From positions 1 through 32,000 of the forward strand of contig CAVRAI010000013.1 in assembly GCA_963718915.1 (NCBI GenBank): 32,000 nt of DNA, written 5' to 3'. Under the pieces are notes generated by a model. That model ran no database searches, was not told the DNA's origin, and was given only the letters and a program-made list of their open reading frames with translations. The stretch's first letter is position 1; each line of letters opens with the position of its first letter. Below are positions 1 through 7,114 of the stretch, one piece after another. The position numbers and the translations under genes were made by a program. This DNA comes from an uncultured Chloroflexia bacterium. Lineage in GTDB: Bacteria; Chloroflexota; Ktedonobacteria; Ktedonobacterales; JADMIN01.

Positions 1-378
1 AAACGCCCAGGCCGGAAATAGCCTGGGCGTTCGCGCGAATGGTGGATTACGCTGCTGGCTCTCCTCCCAATTGGGCGGCGTCTCCCAATCGGCATCCACG
101 ACCAGCCCGGCAGCCTTCATCACCTCGACGGGTGGGATGCCAAGGATAGCGGCGAGATCGCGACAGGTGACGGTGGTGGGCACGACGGGATTATCCTTGT
201 TGATGTAGCGGCCCAGGCTCGCCTCATCTATCGGATGGCCGCGCTCGACCGTATAGCGGTGGAACTCGCGGATGAGATACCAGTCGCCACGGCGATTATA
301 GAACTCCAGATCGCGGAGCTTCGCGCGGAGCCAATCACGGAAGGCGATACGCTGCTCGATGCTGATTTCAATGTTCAT
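1..378 (-). CDS. XRE/Cro-like helix-turn-helix protein (3' end uncertain or partial)
   Basis: ATG at 378 on the minus strand. The translation MNIEISIEQRIAFRDWLRAKL...ASLGRYINKDNPVVPTTVTCRDLAAILGIPPVEVMKAAGL has HTH-type spacing. The frame stays open to the window edge, so it is absent from the ORF track. A TAA at 47-49 in another frame followed by the hairpin suggests the real end may be there after a frame slip. Confidence 0.6.
   Translation of the reverse strand, partial: MNIEISIEQRIAFRDWLRAKLRDLEFYNRRGDWYLIREFHRYTVERGHPIDEASLGRYINKDNPVVPTTVTCRDLAAILGIPPVEVMKAAGLVVDADWETPPNWEESQQRNPPFARTPRLFPAWAF
2..31 (-). terminator. 11-bp perfect GC-rich stem-loop, candidate terminator of the leftward operon
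   Basis: 2-12 aacgcccaggc pairs perfectly with 21-31 gcctgggcgtt (8-nt loop). On the minus strand it sits just downstream of a TAA at 47-49 and runs into T residues at the window edge. Confidence 0.4.
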
Positions 379-400
379 GTAGGTGCTTTCTCCTCTGGAA

Positions 401-1789
401 CTAACTGTTAGCCTCAGCGGCGGATTGTGCCGCGTCGCCGGTCTTGCTCTTGGGCTTGCGCCCTTGGAGTTCGGTCATAATCGCGTGAGCGGTAGACTCA
501 CTGATACGGTGCTGAGTTGCCATTGCAACGCGCTTGGCGAAGACATCCACGCTGATGTTCGGGTCATTGCGTAGGATAGTTCGAGCTGCCGCCAGACGTT
601 GCTTGCGTAGCGCCTCACGATCCTCCTGGGACATACCTGTGTCAGTACGTGGAGGCTTCACTTTCGGCTCAGCTTTTGGGCGAACGTTTGGTATACCTGC
701 TGGGGCGTTCGAGCGCCTCATCGTAGCCGCTGCCTGCCTGCTATTCGGGGATACCCCTCGAACGTTCGAACGGTAGGCGTCGCGCCCGGCTGCGCCTGGC
801 CTCACGGCCCTTTTTCCACGAGGGGGGTTCGGGTCATTTTCAGGGGGTCTGTCGTCTCCTTGTGTGCCGAATGGCGGAAGCGGCGGTGATCCGGGAGGCG
901 CATATTGAACGGGTGGAAGTCGTGTATGCGCGTGAGGGTTCGAACTCATGACAGAGTTACTGTCGTGTGAGGGTTCGAGCTCGCGGCTAGATGGGCGGGA
1001 TTCGTACCGCAATTCGGGCGCAACGTCGGCGGCAATCTCCGACCAATCGAGCTTATGGATACGCGCCAGATGGGTCAGCAATTTGCCATCGCGACGTAGT
1101 TGCTCATCCTCCGTCGTGCGGCCCGTCTCGTCGTAGGTTGCGTAGGTATCGAGCATCAGTTGCCCACCGAGCGCCTGCAACATCTCGGTCTTGTCGTCGG
1201 TGTCGATCACCTCGGAGAGTTTGTCGATCAGCAGCATGATATTCGCGCTGGTGCGGCACTTGATCTCGCGGTTGCGGTCGGCGCGGTCGAACATCACTGG
1301 CAGTACGCCAGCGGCGAAATAGGCGATCACGACCGGCGGCAGGAACGAACGGGCGATAGCGAGGACTGAGTGAATCCAGGCCGAAACCTGAATCATCCAG
1401 TCAGGGAACGCCTGTGGGTCGAGATGCACAAAAAAATAGAAGAGGGTCATCGTCTCGCTAGCGAGTCCGATGATGAGCACCCACTTGGCGAGGGTCAGCC
1501 AGCGTTTCTCACGCGGGTCATTGCGTACCGCGTGCATCTTGTAGCGCGTCGCGCTGACAATAATCGCCATGTCGATCAGGATGCCCATGCCGATACAGAG
1601 CGCCACGACAAAGTAATCGGTGGGCGTACCGGTGCGTCGCAGTATCCGCGTGATCTCATCCAGCGCCAGCACATACGCCGCAATGGCAGACATCAGCGTG
1701 GAGCCTATGACGATGGCGGGCTGAATCATCGACTCGATGACGGCAGAGTGGCCGGTGGGTTTGAGGCGTTTAGCTCGCTTCGTCGCCAT
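401..1789 (-). CDS. Membrane protein (4-5 predicted TM helices) with Pro/Arg-rich linker and C-terminal HTH-like segment
   Basis: ORF track 401..1864. Start moved to ATG 1789 because GAGGAGG lies 5 nt upstream. Hydrophobic N-terminal half; C-terminal segment VFAKRVAMATQHRISESTAHAIMTEL looks like an HTH. Confidence 0.7.
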   Translation of the reverse strand: MATKRAKRLKPTGHSAVIESMIQPAIVIGSTLMSAIAAYVLALDEITRILRRTGTPTDYFVVALCIGMGILIDMAIIVSATRYKMHAVRNDPREKRWLTLAKWVLIIGLASETMTLFYFFVHLDPQAFPDWMIQVSAWIHSVLAIARSFLPPVVIAYFAAGVLPVMFDRADRNREIKCRTSANIMLLIDKLSEVIDTDDKTEMLQALGGQLMLDTYATYDETGRTTEDEQLRRDGKLLTHLARIHKLDWSEIAADVAPELRYESRPSSRELEPSHDSNSVMSSNPHAHTRLPPVQYAPPGSPPLPPFGTQGDDRPPENDPNPPRGKRAVRPGAAGRDAYRSNVRGVSPNSRQAAATMRRSNAPAGIPNVRPKAEPKVKPPRTDTGMSQEDREALRKQRLAAARTILRNDPNISVDVFAKRVAMATQHRISESTAHAIMTELQGRKPKSKTGDAAQSAAEANS

Positions 1790-2133
1790 CAGGTTCCTCC
1801 TCGTCGGCGCTGAAGTAGCCATACTTGATCGCCCACTGCCTTGGAGAGAATCGCGCCTCGACATCAGGCCGTGCCTGCCGGTGCCAGATCACCCATTCGA
1901 CCGTTCCATCCCCATACGGCCCATGCGTATAGGCGTAGAGTTCAGCGCCCTCGATGGCGATACGCAAGAGCGCCAGACGGACGGCGGGCCAGGGGCATGC
2001 TTCCCAGGGCACGGCGAGCAGGCTTTTGATGTTGTACTCGACCTGATACTGCTGATCCACGTAATAGTCAGGATCATGCGGGAGTTCTGGATAGGGGGTG
2101 TCTGATTGTTGGTGTTTGGCACTTGGTCGGCAT
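1770..2133 (-). CDS. Hypothetical acidic-tailed protein; the N-terminus is reachable only through a 1-nt slip in a G5/C5 run
   Basis: ORF track 1770..2060 (GTG start, no SD). Its frame stays open upstream (..PYPELPHDPDYYVDQQ..). ATG 2133 has a perfect GGAGGAG 8 nt upstream but is in the adjacent frame. Removing one base from the run at 2094-2098 joins them. Confidence 0.55.
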
Positions 2134-2826
2134 TGGTGTCGCTCCTCCAGTGGATGTTTGGAGGGCAGCGGAGCGAACGGAGATGGGCGAAGCGCTGATC
2201 CGTAACAAGGAAGATAGCCACGAGATAGCCATCCATGTTACACTGCGCCTATGTCCGGTCCTGCTAAGCCCAGGTGTTGACTAGGGGCTGTCGGAGTTCG
2301 AGCTTCGGCTGTCCCGCCTACGGATGATCTACGCACACATTTGTTCTACATCGTCAGTATACCATACCGGTCGCCAGTATTCCATGCATGGGGGCCGATT
2401 TGGTAGCCATTCGCCGCATACGCCTGGGGTGCGTTCTGGCTCTGGCTCTGGTTAAACCCTCGCCTATCACGCACGGTGGGGTAAGCCGCCAGCCCGCTAC
2501 CGACAGTTCGCGAGCGCCGAGTGACCGCAGCGAGCCGGGGAGCGGTGCAAGGAGGATACGACGCAGCCCGCGAGCCGTGCGCAGCAAGGGTAACGCAGGC
2601 CGAGCACTTCAAGTCTTCGGGCTGGCGGCTAGCGGTAACGGTGGATGATAGCGCCAGCGCAGAACCGTGGTGCGGCACACAGTTACCCCGTAGGCCGGTG
2701 AGTGTGGCGCGGCGTGCGACCAGGGGGAGCGGAAGCCGCGACGCGCGGTGTTCGATCATAGCGCCAGCGTCTGCGATTCCTCAAACGCCTCGGGTGGCTG
2801 AATTGTTGCCAGTGGTCTGAATGCCT

Positions 2827-2862
2827 GTGTGCCATCCCATGTGCCATCCCATGTGCCATCCT
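2827..2862. repeat. Tandem repeat, 12-bp unit GTGCCATCCCAT x ~2.8
   Basis: Read directly: copies at 2829-2840 and 2841-2852, and a partial copy at 2853-2862. Confidence 0.9.
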
Positions 2863-2890
2863 ATTGAGCGAGCGCAGCGAAGCGTATCCG

Positions 2891-2966
2891 GCAGGGCACG
2901 ATGCCCTGCTCTCCGGGTGGCGGGCAAGGCGCGGCGTCAAGGATGCAAGCGCGGGCCTGGTCTGCC
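2891..2966. repeat. Repeat family B, copy 1 (7-bp hairpin + GGCGGGCAAGGCGCGGCG..GATGCAAGCGC..GGGCCT)
   Basis: The hairpin gcagggc/gccctgc and following ~55 nt match the copy at 3159-3250, which has hairpin gccgcgc/gcgcggc, with a few indels. Confidence 0.75.
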
Positions 2967-3087
2967 GGGGCAGGACGCCTGCTCGCTGCGCGCCGCTCAC
3001 GGTGGGGCGGCAGGATGTACTTGAAGTCTCCTCGTGCGAGCGGTAGGGAGCACGTGCCCTGAGCCGCCTGTACGCTGGAGCGCCTGT

Positions 3088-3158
3088 AACGGTGGGGATC
3101 GAGGATCGCCCGGTTGATCCCCAGAACTTTGGAGGGCCGCAGCCCGACTACCTTCTGG
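3088..3158. repeat. Repeat family A, copy 1 (~70 bp with internal inverted repeats)
   Basis: aacggtggggatcgaggatcgcccgg..ggagggccgcagcccgac.accttctgg recurs at 11709-11776 with a few indels. It contains the inverted repeats ggggatc/gatcccc and ccagaa/ttctgg. Confidence 0.85.
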
Positions 3159-3250
3159 GCCGCGCAGGATCGCGCGGCTCTGTCTGGGGTGGGCGGGCAA
3201 GGCGCGGCGCAAGGGATAATAGGATGCAAGCGCCGGGCCTCTGGTATCCT
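3159..3250. repeat. Repeat family B, copy 2
   Basis: See copy 1 at 2891-2966. Confidence 0.75.
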
Positions 3251-3295
3251 TGGCCTACCTGTGAGCGTCCTTGCTCGTCGGTATGCTGGACTACG

Positions 3296-3571
3296 TTACG
3301 CCGCACATGCGATATCGTAGCCATCGGGCGGGCCATTCCACGGCGAATGCTTGGGGCCACGGATAAACAGAATTACCTGTTGGCCGGTGAGGCTTTGCAG
3401 CATCAGGCGGATCATGCCCGCATAGTGGCGCCGGAGATGGTCAGCGGCAAAGGTCGTCGGCGCCTGTACGTGTGCGGAGAGGATTTCGCCGTTGGGTAGT
3501 AACATCGTAGAGAGTTGGCACGGTTGCAGCCAGCTCTGCGCCTGGGCTACTGAGACGCTGGCGCATGCCAC
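3296..3571 (-). CDS. DnaA N-terminal-domain-like protein (start unclear)
   Basis: ORF track 3296..3571 (GTG start). The protein-like sequence DLWRRTIERLVACASVSVAQAQSWLQPC...LSAHVQAPTTFAADHLRRHYAGMIRLMLQSLTGQQVILFI recalls the DnaA_N pattern and continues in frame upstream to a TAA at 3659-3661. Confidence 0.55.
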   Translation of the reverse strand: MACASVSVAQAQSWLQPCQLSTMLLPNGEILSAHVQAPTTFAADHLRRHYAGMIRLMLQSLTGQQVILFIRGPKHSPWNGPPDGYDIACAA

Positions 3572-3658
3572 TAAGCGCTCGATGGTGCGGCGCCAGAGGT
3601 CTGACGCTGGCAGATAGCGATACTGCGCCAGCTCGGCGTGACTGGTGATAGTCGCCGC

Positions 3659-3778
3659 TTACTCGCGGCTTTGGCTGTGCGCGGCTGGCCTGACTGGCTC
3701 GACAGGCTCTAACGGTACGATGGTGGGCGTGTTGGTGATCCTCCGGATACGCTCGGTTTCGCTCTCTCGCTTGGACAT
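3659..3778 (-). CDS. 39-aa ORF in the same frame as the downstream DnaA_N-like ORF, separated only by TAA
   Basis: ATG 3778 with GAGGAG 9 nt upstream; product MSKRESETERIRRITNTPTIVPLEPVEPVRPAAHSQSRE. It may be the N-terminus of a gene split by a nonsense codon. Confidence 0.45.
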   Translation of the reverse strand: MSKRESETERIRRITNTPTIVPLEPVEPVRPAAHSQSRE

Positions 3779-3848
3779 AGCAGTATGCTCCTCGTTCGCT
3801 GGGACGCTGGCCCAACGTCTGAGAACGCCGGGCCAGCCGATCACGTTG

Positions 3849-4520
3849 CTACTTGGGGGGTTCCTCGCCCGCCGCCGTCCGACGCTGGACAATGCCGCGC
3901 AGGTCGGTACGATCCCACTTGCCGGGCCAGCCGTCGAGGTTGCGATTGTCGGGCGCGACGATCACGCCGCTGTAGGTCTTGGGGTTGACGCGGGTCACGC
4001 GCACCATGAAGCCGCGCAAGTCCACGATATCGCCGACGTTGACCGTTAGCGTATCGGCCACCAGCCCGCCAGCCGCTTCTATCGCCTCGGTGAGTTCGGC
4101 TATCTCGCTGCGGACGCGCTCTAGCCGCCAGTTGCATTGTTTGGCATAGGTGGTCATATCCTCGCCGCGCTCGGTGCGTTCCTCGAAGCCCGCGATGATA
4201 CGCTCAAGCTGGCGCTCCTCGGTGCGTAGACGATCAACACGGCGGGTCATAGCGGGGGCTGTCTGCTTGTGCGCCTGATGGCGTCGGCTGCTTTGCGCCT
4301 GCCCGCCGAGGCGCTGCGACTCTTTCAACTCGGCAAACGCCTTGCCAAACTGGTAGTGTATGCGCTCGCGGTTGCGTTCGTCGCCGCGCTGGCTATGGTT
4401 CCACGCCAGTTTCACGACGCCTTTGGCGCCCGGCTCGTTGGATGGCCAGATGGCCACATACCAGACGCCGAGATGCTCTTGCAGATAGGCGGCGATCAGG
4501 CAAGGTGCGAGTCGCAGCAC
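3849..4520 (-). CDS. Hypothetical protein (coiled-coil middle, KOW/SH3-like C-terminus)
   Basis: ORF track, 223 aa, GTG start, normal amino-acid composition (..LERIIAGFEERTERGEDMTTYAKQCNWRLERVRSEIAELTEAIE.., ..VGDIVDLRGFMVRVTRVNPKTYSGVIV..). Upstream frames contain protein-like pieces (LPSLDDLIHWLLDKQ), so the N-terminus may be disrupted. Confidence 0.65.
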   Translation of the reverse strand: MLRLAPCLIAAYLQEHLGVWYVAIWPSNEPGAKGVVKLAWNHSQRGDERNRERIHYQFGKAFAELKESQRLGGQAQSSRRHQAHKQTAPAMTRRVDRLRTEERQLERIIAGFEERTERGEDMTTYAKQCNWRLERVRSEIAELTEAIEAAGGLVADTLTVNVGDIVDLRGFMVRVTRVNPKTYSGVIVAPDNRNLDGWPGKWDRTDLRGIVQRRTAAGEEPPK

Positions 4521-4860
4521 TGGACGCTGACAGGCGCTGATGTCGCTTGTTTGTCAAGCAGCCAGTGGATAAGGTCATCGAGTGATGGTAGTGTGACCTG
4601 TTGGTGATCCTAGTCCGGTGGTGGTGTCGTGCATAGTAGGGCGGCATCACTAGGTTGGCTATCGAAACTGGTACAGGCACGGCATAGTAGCGTCGGTTGG
4701 TGTACCATTGCTCGCGGTAACGGCTCCAGTGCCAGCCGGTGCGCTTCAAGTCGGCTACAGCCTCGACGGGCGCGCGGCGGGCAAGCTCTAGCCAGTGATA
4801 ATGTGAGTTGGGATCGTGGCGCAGAATTGCGGGAATCGGTGCGGGTACTTCAATGTTCAT
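4393..4860 (-). CDS. Hypothetical protein (N-terminal ~75 aa convincing; 3' part probably out of frame)
   Basis: ATG 4860 with AAGGAG upstream; MNIEVPAPIPAILRHDPNSHYHWLELARRAPVEAVADLKRTGWHWSRYREQWY.. After ~4630 the translation becomes Arg/His-rich and overlaps the next gene. Confidence 0.45.
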   Translation of the reverse strand: MNIEVPAPIPAILRHDPNSHYHWLELARRAPVEAVADLKRTGWHWSRYREQWYTNRRYYAVPVPVSIANLVMPPYYARHHHRTRITNRSHYHHSMTLSTGCLTNKRHQRLSASSAATRTLPDRRLSARASRRLVCGHLAIQRAGRQRRRETGVEP

Positions 4861-4948
4861 GGTGGGTGCGGCTCCTTGTGTGCTCGCCACACTGGAACGG
4901 GCCAGCCGTTGCCCTGCATGGCGAGCGGGTGAAACGAGATCCAGCGGG

Positions 4949-5701
4949 TTAGAATGGTACGTCGTCGCTGGCGCTCCCGCTGGCGCTCCCGCTGGCGCTC
5001 CTGGCTGGCTTCGGTTCCGGCGTCGGCTGATCGGAAGAAATTGGCTGGATTGATTCGATGTGCTGGCGGTTGATGAGCTTCTGGTGTCCGCTGGCGAGGG
5101 TGAGCAGTAGCCATCGGTTATCCCATGCCGCGATCTTGCCACGGTCTGTGCCGCCGTCTGCGCCGCCGTCTTCGCTGTAGTGGCGCGCATAGTTCACCCA
5201 TACCTGTGCGCCACGATGCAGGAATCCATCGCCAGGAATGACGGCGGTGATCTCGGTATATGGGTGCGGCTCGGACTTGCGCCGCTCCTCCTCCTGCTGC
5301 CGCGCCATCCATGCCGGATACTCAGTAATAGCGCTGAGTATGTTGTCGTCGCTGAGCGGCCAGACGATGCGCTGGTAGCCGCGTGGGCCTTCGATCACCA
5401 TGTCGTCATTGTGCCAGATAGACCACATCACGCCGTCAACGCTGAAATACGCCTCGACCAGCCCGAAATGCGGATGCTTCACCGAACGGCGGATAGCGAA
5501 TTGCAGGGCGTCGTAGAGTTGGCGTGAGAGCGCCTTCTCGAGCTCGTCGCGCAGGTAGCCAATATTCTCCTCGACGCGGGCGAGCATATCCTCGTTCTGC
5601 TGCTGCTCCTTGGCGTCTCTATCGTTGCGGTAGGCGCTGATAAAATCGGCTAGCGTCGGCTGCGCTTCGGTGGTATCGGTGGTGGTTTGGATATTGTGCA
5701 T
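4949..5701 (-). CDS. Hypothetical protein with a disordered linker and an SSB-type C-terminal tip (..SASGSASGSASDDVPF)
   Basis: ORF track, 250 aa, ATG 5701. The C-terminal Ser/Ala/Gly/Pro linker ends in DDVPF, close to the DDDIPF tip of bacterial SSB. The body does not look like a canonical SSB OB fold. Confidence 0.75.
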   Translation of the reverse strand: MHNIQTTTDTTEAQPTLADFISAYRNDRDAKEQQQNEDMLARVEENIGYLRDELEKALSRQLYDALQFAIRRSVKHPHFGLVEAYFSVDGVMWSIWHNDDMVIEGPRGYQRIVWPLSDDNILSAITEYPAWMARQQEEERRKSEPHPYTEITAVIPGDGFLHRGAQVWVNYARHYSEDGGADGGTDRGKIAAWDNRWLLLTLASGHQKLINRQHIESIQPISSDQPTPEPKPARSASGSASGSASDDVPF

Positions 5702-5786
5702 GGTAGGCTCTTAGCTCCTCTATCAAGAGATAGACAAGAATCAGGAATACAGAAGGGTGCAACAAGCTGATGACAGGCTGATGACT

Positions 5787-5820
5787 GGCCCGGTCCTGCG
5801 GATCAGGACAGGCGCGGGCC
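5787..5820 (-). terminator. Stem-loop downstream of the 5860..6321 gene (no U-tract)
   Basis: ggcccg/cgggcc outer stem and gtcctg/caggac inner stem, read directly. Preceded by the direct repeat gctgatgac x2 (5766-5786). Confidence 0.3.
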
Positions 5821-5859
5821 AGCCAATGAACGCGCTACAAAATGACATACAGGGACGCA

Positions 5860-6321
5860 CTAACCTATCACGTTGGGGTCATCGGTACGGCGCGTGAGGA
5901 TGGGACGTATCATCAGGAGCTCGTCATAAGACAGCTCGCGCTCGTCTTGCCCTTCGTCTTGCTCGGTATCGCGCAATTCATCGAGCGTTGCGGCCTCCTC
6001 GCCCATGCGCTCGCGCAGATAGTCCACGATGTGCAGCCAGTCCACGCGGGCGAGGGCTTGCGCCATGAACTCCGCGTAGACATCGGAGGTATCGCGTAGT
6101 GGGTCGCGATTAAGAAACCAGTTTTTCAGGGCATCTGCGGCGGTTATGCGCGGTGTATACTCGGCGTCTGGCTGGACGTTGCGTAACCATTCGGCGTAGT
6201 CGTAGACTTCGGCCACGATGGCGAAGGCCAGCTCGTCGCTGTCGTCGTCTGCCCACTGGATGACACTTTGCGTCTCGGCGTTGGGCTGCTGGTCGGCGGT
6301 GGTTGATGTTGTGGTGCTCAT
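5860..6321 (-). CDS. Strongly acidic hypothetical protein (153 aa)
   Basis: ORF track 5860..6405. Start moved to ATG 6321 (MSTTTSTTADQQ..) with AGGAA upstream. Many D/E residues throughout. Confidence 0.7.
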   Translation of the reverse strand: MSTTTSTTADQQPNAETQSVIQWADDDSDELAFAIVAEVYDYAEWLRNVQPDAEYTPRITAADALKNWFLNRDPLRDTSDVYAEFMAQALARVDWLHIVDYLRERMGEEAATLDELRDTEQDEGQDERELSYDELLMIRPILTRRTDDPNVIG

Positions 6322-6364
6322 AGCTCGCTCGGTTCCTTTCGTGGCCGGACAAGAGCGCCCGGCC

Positions 6365-6410
6365 CAAACAACGGACAAACAACGGGACAAACAACGGACA
6401 AACAACGGGA
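6365..6410. repeat. Tandem repeat CAAACAACGG(G)A x4 (11/12-bp units) in the leader of 5860..6321
   Basis: Read directly. T-free on the plus strand over ~70 nt. Confidence 0.9.
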
Positions 6411-6415
6411 CAGGG

Positions 6416-6889
6416 CTATAGCGGGCTGGCGATGACGGCGGACATTAGCGCTTTGGGATCGCCATATAGGCGGACAGCGATACTGGCCACGAGGATGGCG
6501 GGCTTGTCATTGCTGCGAATCGTGCCGCGTCTCCGGTTCATCCCGAACCGGCCCAGGTCGCGCAATAGGCCATTGAGCAGCACAGGCGCGCTGTTATGGC
6601 CAGATCCATGCACGGCAAACACGTAGTACTCGAAGATGGGGCTATACTCGCCGCTGGCGTTGTCCCGCTGGTTTACTTGCAGCGTGAACACGGTCGCGCC
6701 TCCGGGCAAGAGCGCCAGCAGATGACCGCGGGCCGTGCCCCGCTTGGCGGCAATAGAATCATTCGAGATCCCGCGCGCGTGCTTCAGGACACATTCTCGG
6801 CAATAGGCGGGGATGTCGTGGTGTGGGTCGTCGTCGGACACCACGCGGATAAGGGTCTGACAATCGGCGCAATAAATGGATTTGCTCAT
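6416..6889 (-). CDS. Hypothetical protein with N-terminal CxxC..CxxC zinc ribbon
   Basis: ORF track, 157 aa; MSKSIYCADCQTLIRVVSDDDPHHDIPAYCRECV.. Confidence 0.7.
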   Translation of the reverse strand: MSKSIYCADCQTLIRVVSDDDPHHDIPAYCRECVLKHARGISNDSIAAKRGTARGHLLALLPGGATVFTLQVNQRDNASGEYSPIFEYYVFAVHGSGHNSAPVLLNGLLRDLGRFGMNRRRGTIRSNDKPAILVASIAVRLYGDPKALMSAVIASPL

Positions 6890-6895
6890 AGTCGG

Positions 6896-7114
6896 CTACT
6901 CCTGAGAATCTCGGACAAATGACGGGAACAGCAGCGGCGCTTCGGGCGGGTTCTCCACGTCGTAGGCGATCATCCACGGCGCGGGAACCGGGGCAATGCG
7001 GACAATCCCGCACCGGCTGCACGTCTCATATCTCGAATCGACGCCGCGCAATATCGAGGCGGCTGGGTGCTTGCACTTGCTCTGCTTCATCGTTGGGCGG
7101 GTGGTGGTCGGCAT
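6896..7114 (-). CDS. Small zinc-ribbon-like protein (72 aa)
   Basis: ATG 7114 overlaps the upstream gene's stop (TGATG); MPTTTRPTMKQSKCKHPAASILRGVDSRYETCSRCGIV.. This is the only plausible part of the spurious 587-aa ORF 6896..8659. Confidence 0.6.
   Translation of the reverse strand: MPTTTRPTMKQSKCKHPAASILRGVDSRYETCSRCGIVRIAPVPAPWMIAYDVENPPEAPLLFPSFVRDSQE

Larger units (their letters stand above)
2134..3295. repeat. 1.16-kb non-coding, repeat-dense spacer inside the leftward operon
   Basis: All ORFs here translate to Arg/Pro/Ala-rich nonsense. Contains the motif ACGGTGGGG (2473, 2999, 3089; weaker at 2638), a 12-bp x ~2.8 tandem array, two copies of an ~80-bp hairpin-plus-GGCGGGCAAGGCGCGGCG unit, and one copy of a ~70-bp repeat shared with 11709-11776. 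Confidence 0.7.

Noticed and set aside
2134-3295. Retron, DGR or group II intron explanation for the long non-coding spacer
   Set aside because: No reverse-transcriptase-like ORF occurs anywhere in the window. I found no group II domain V-like hairpin; the gagccgtgcgcagc.. segment does not pair appropriately.
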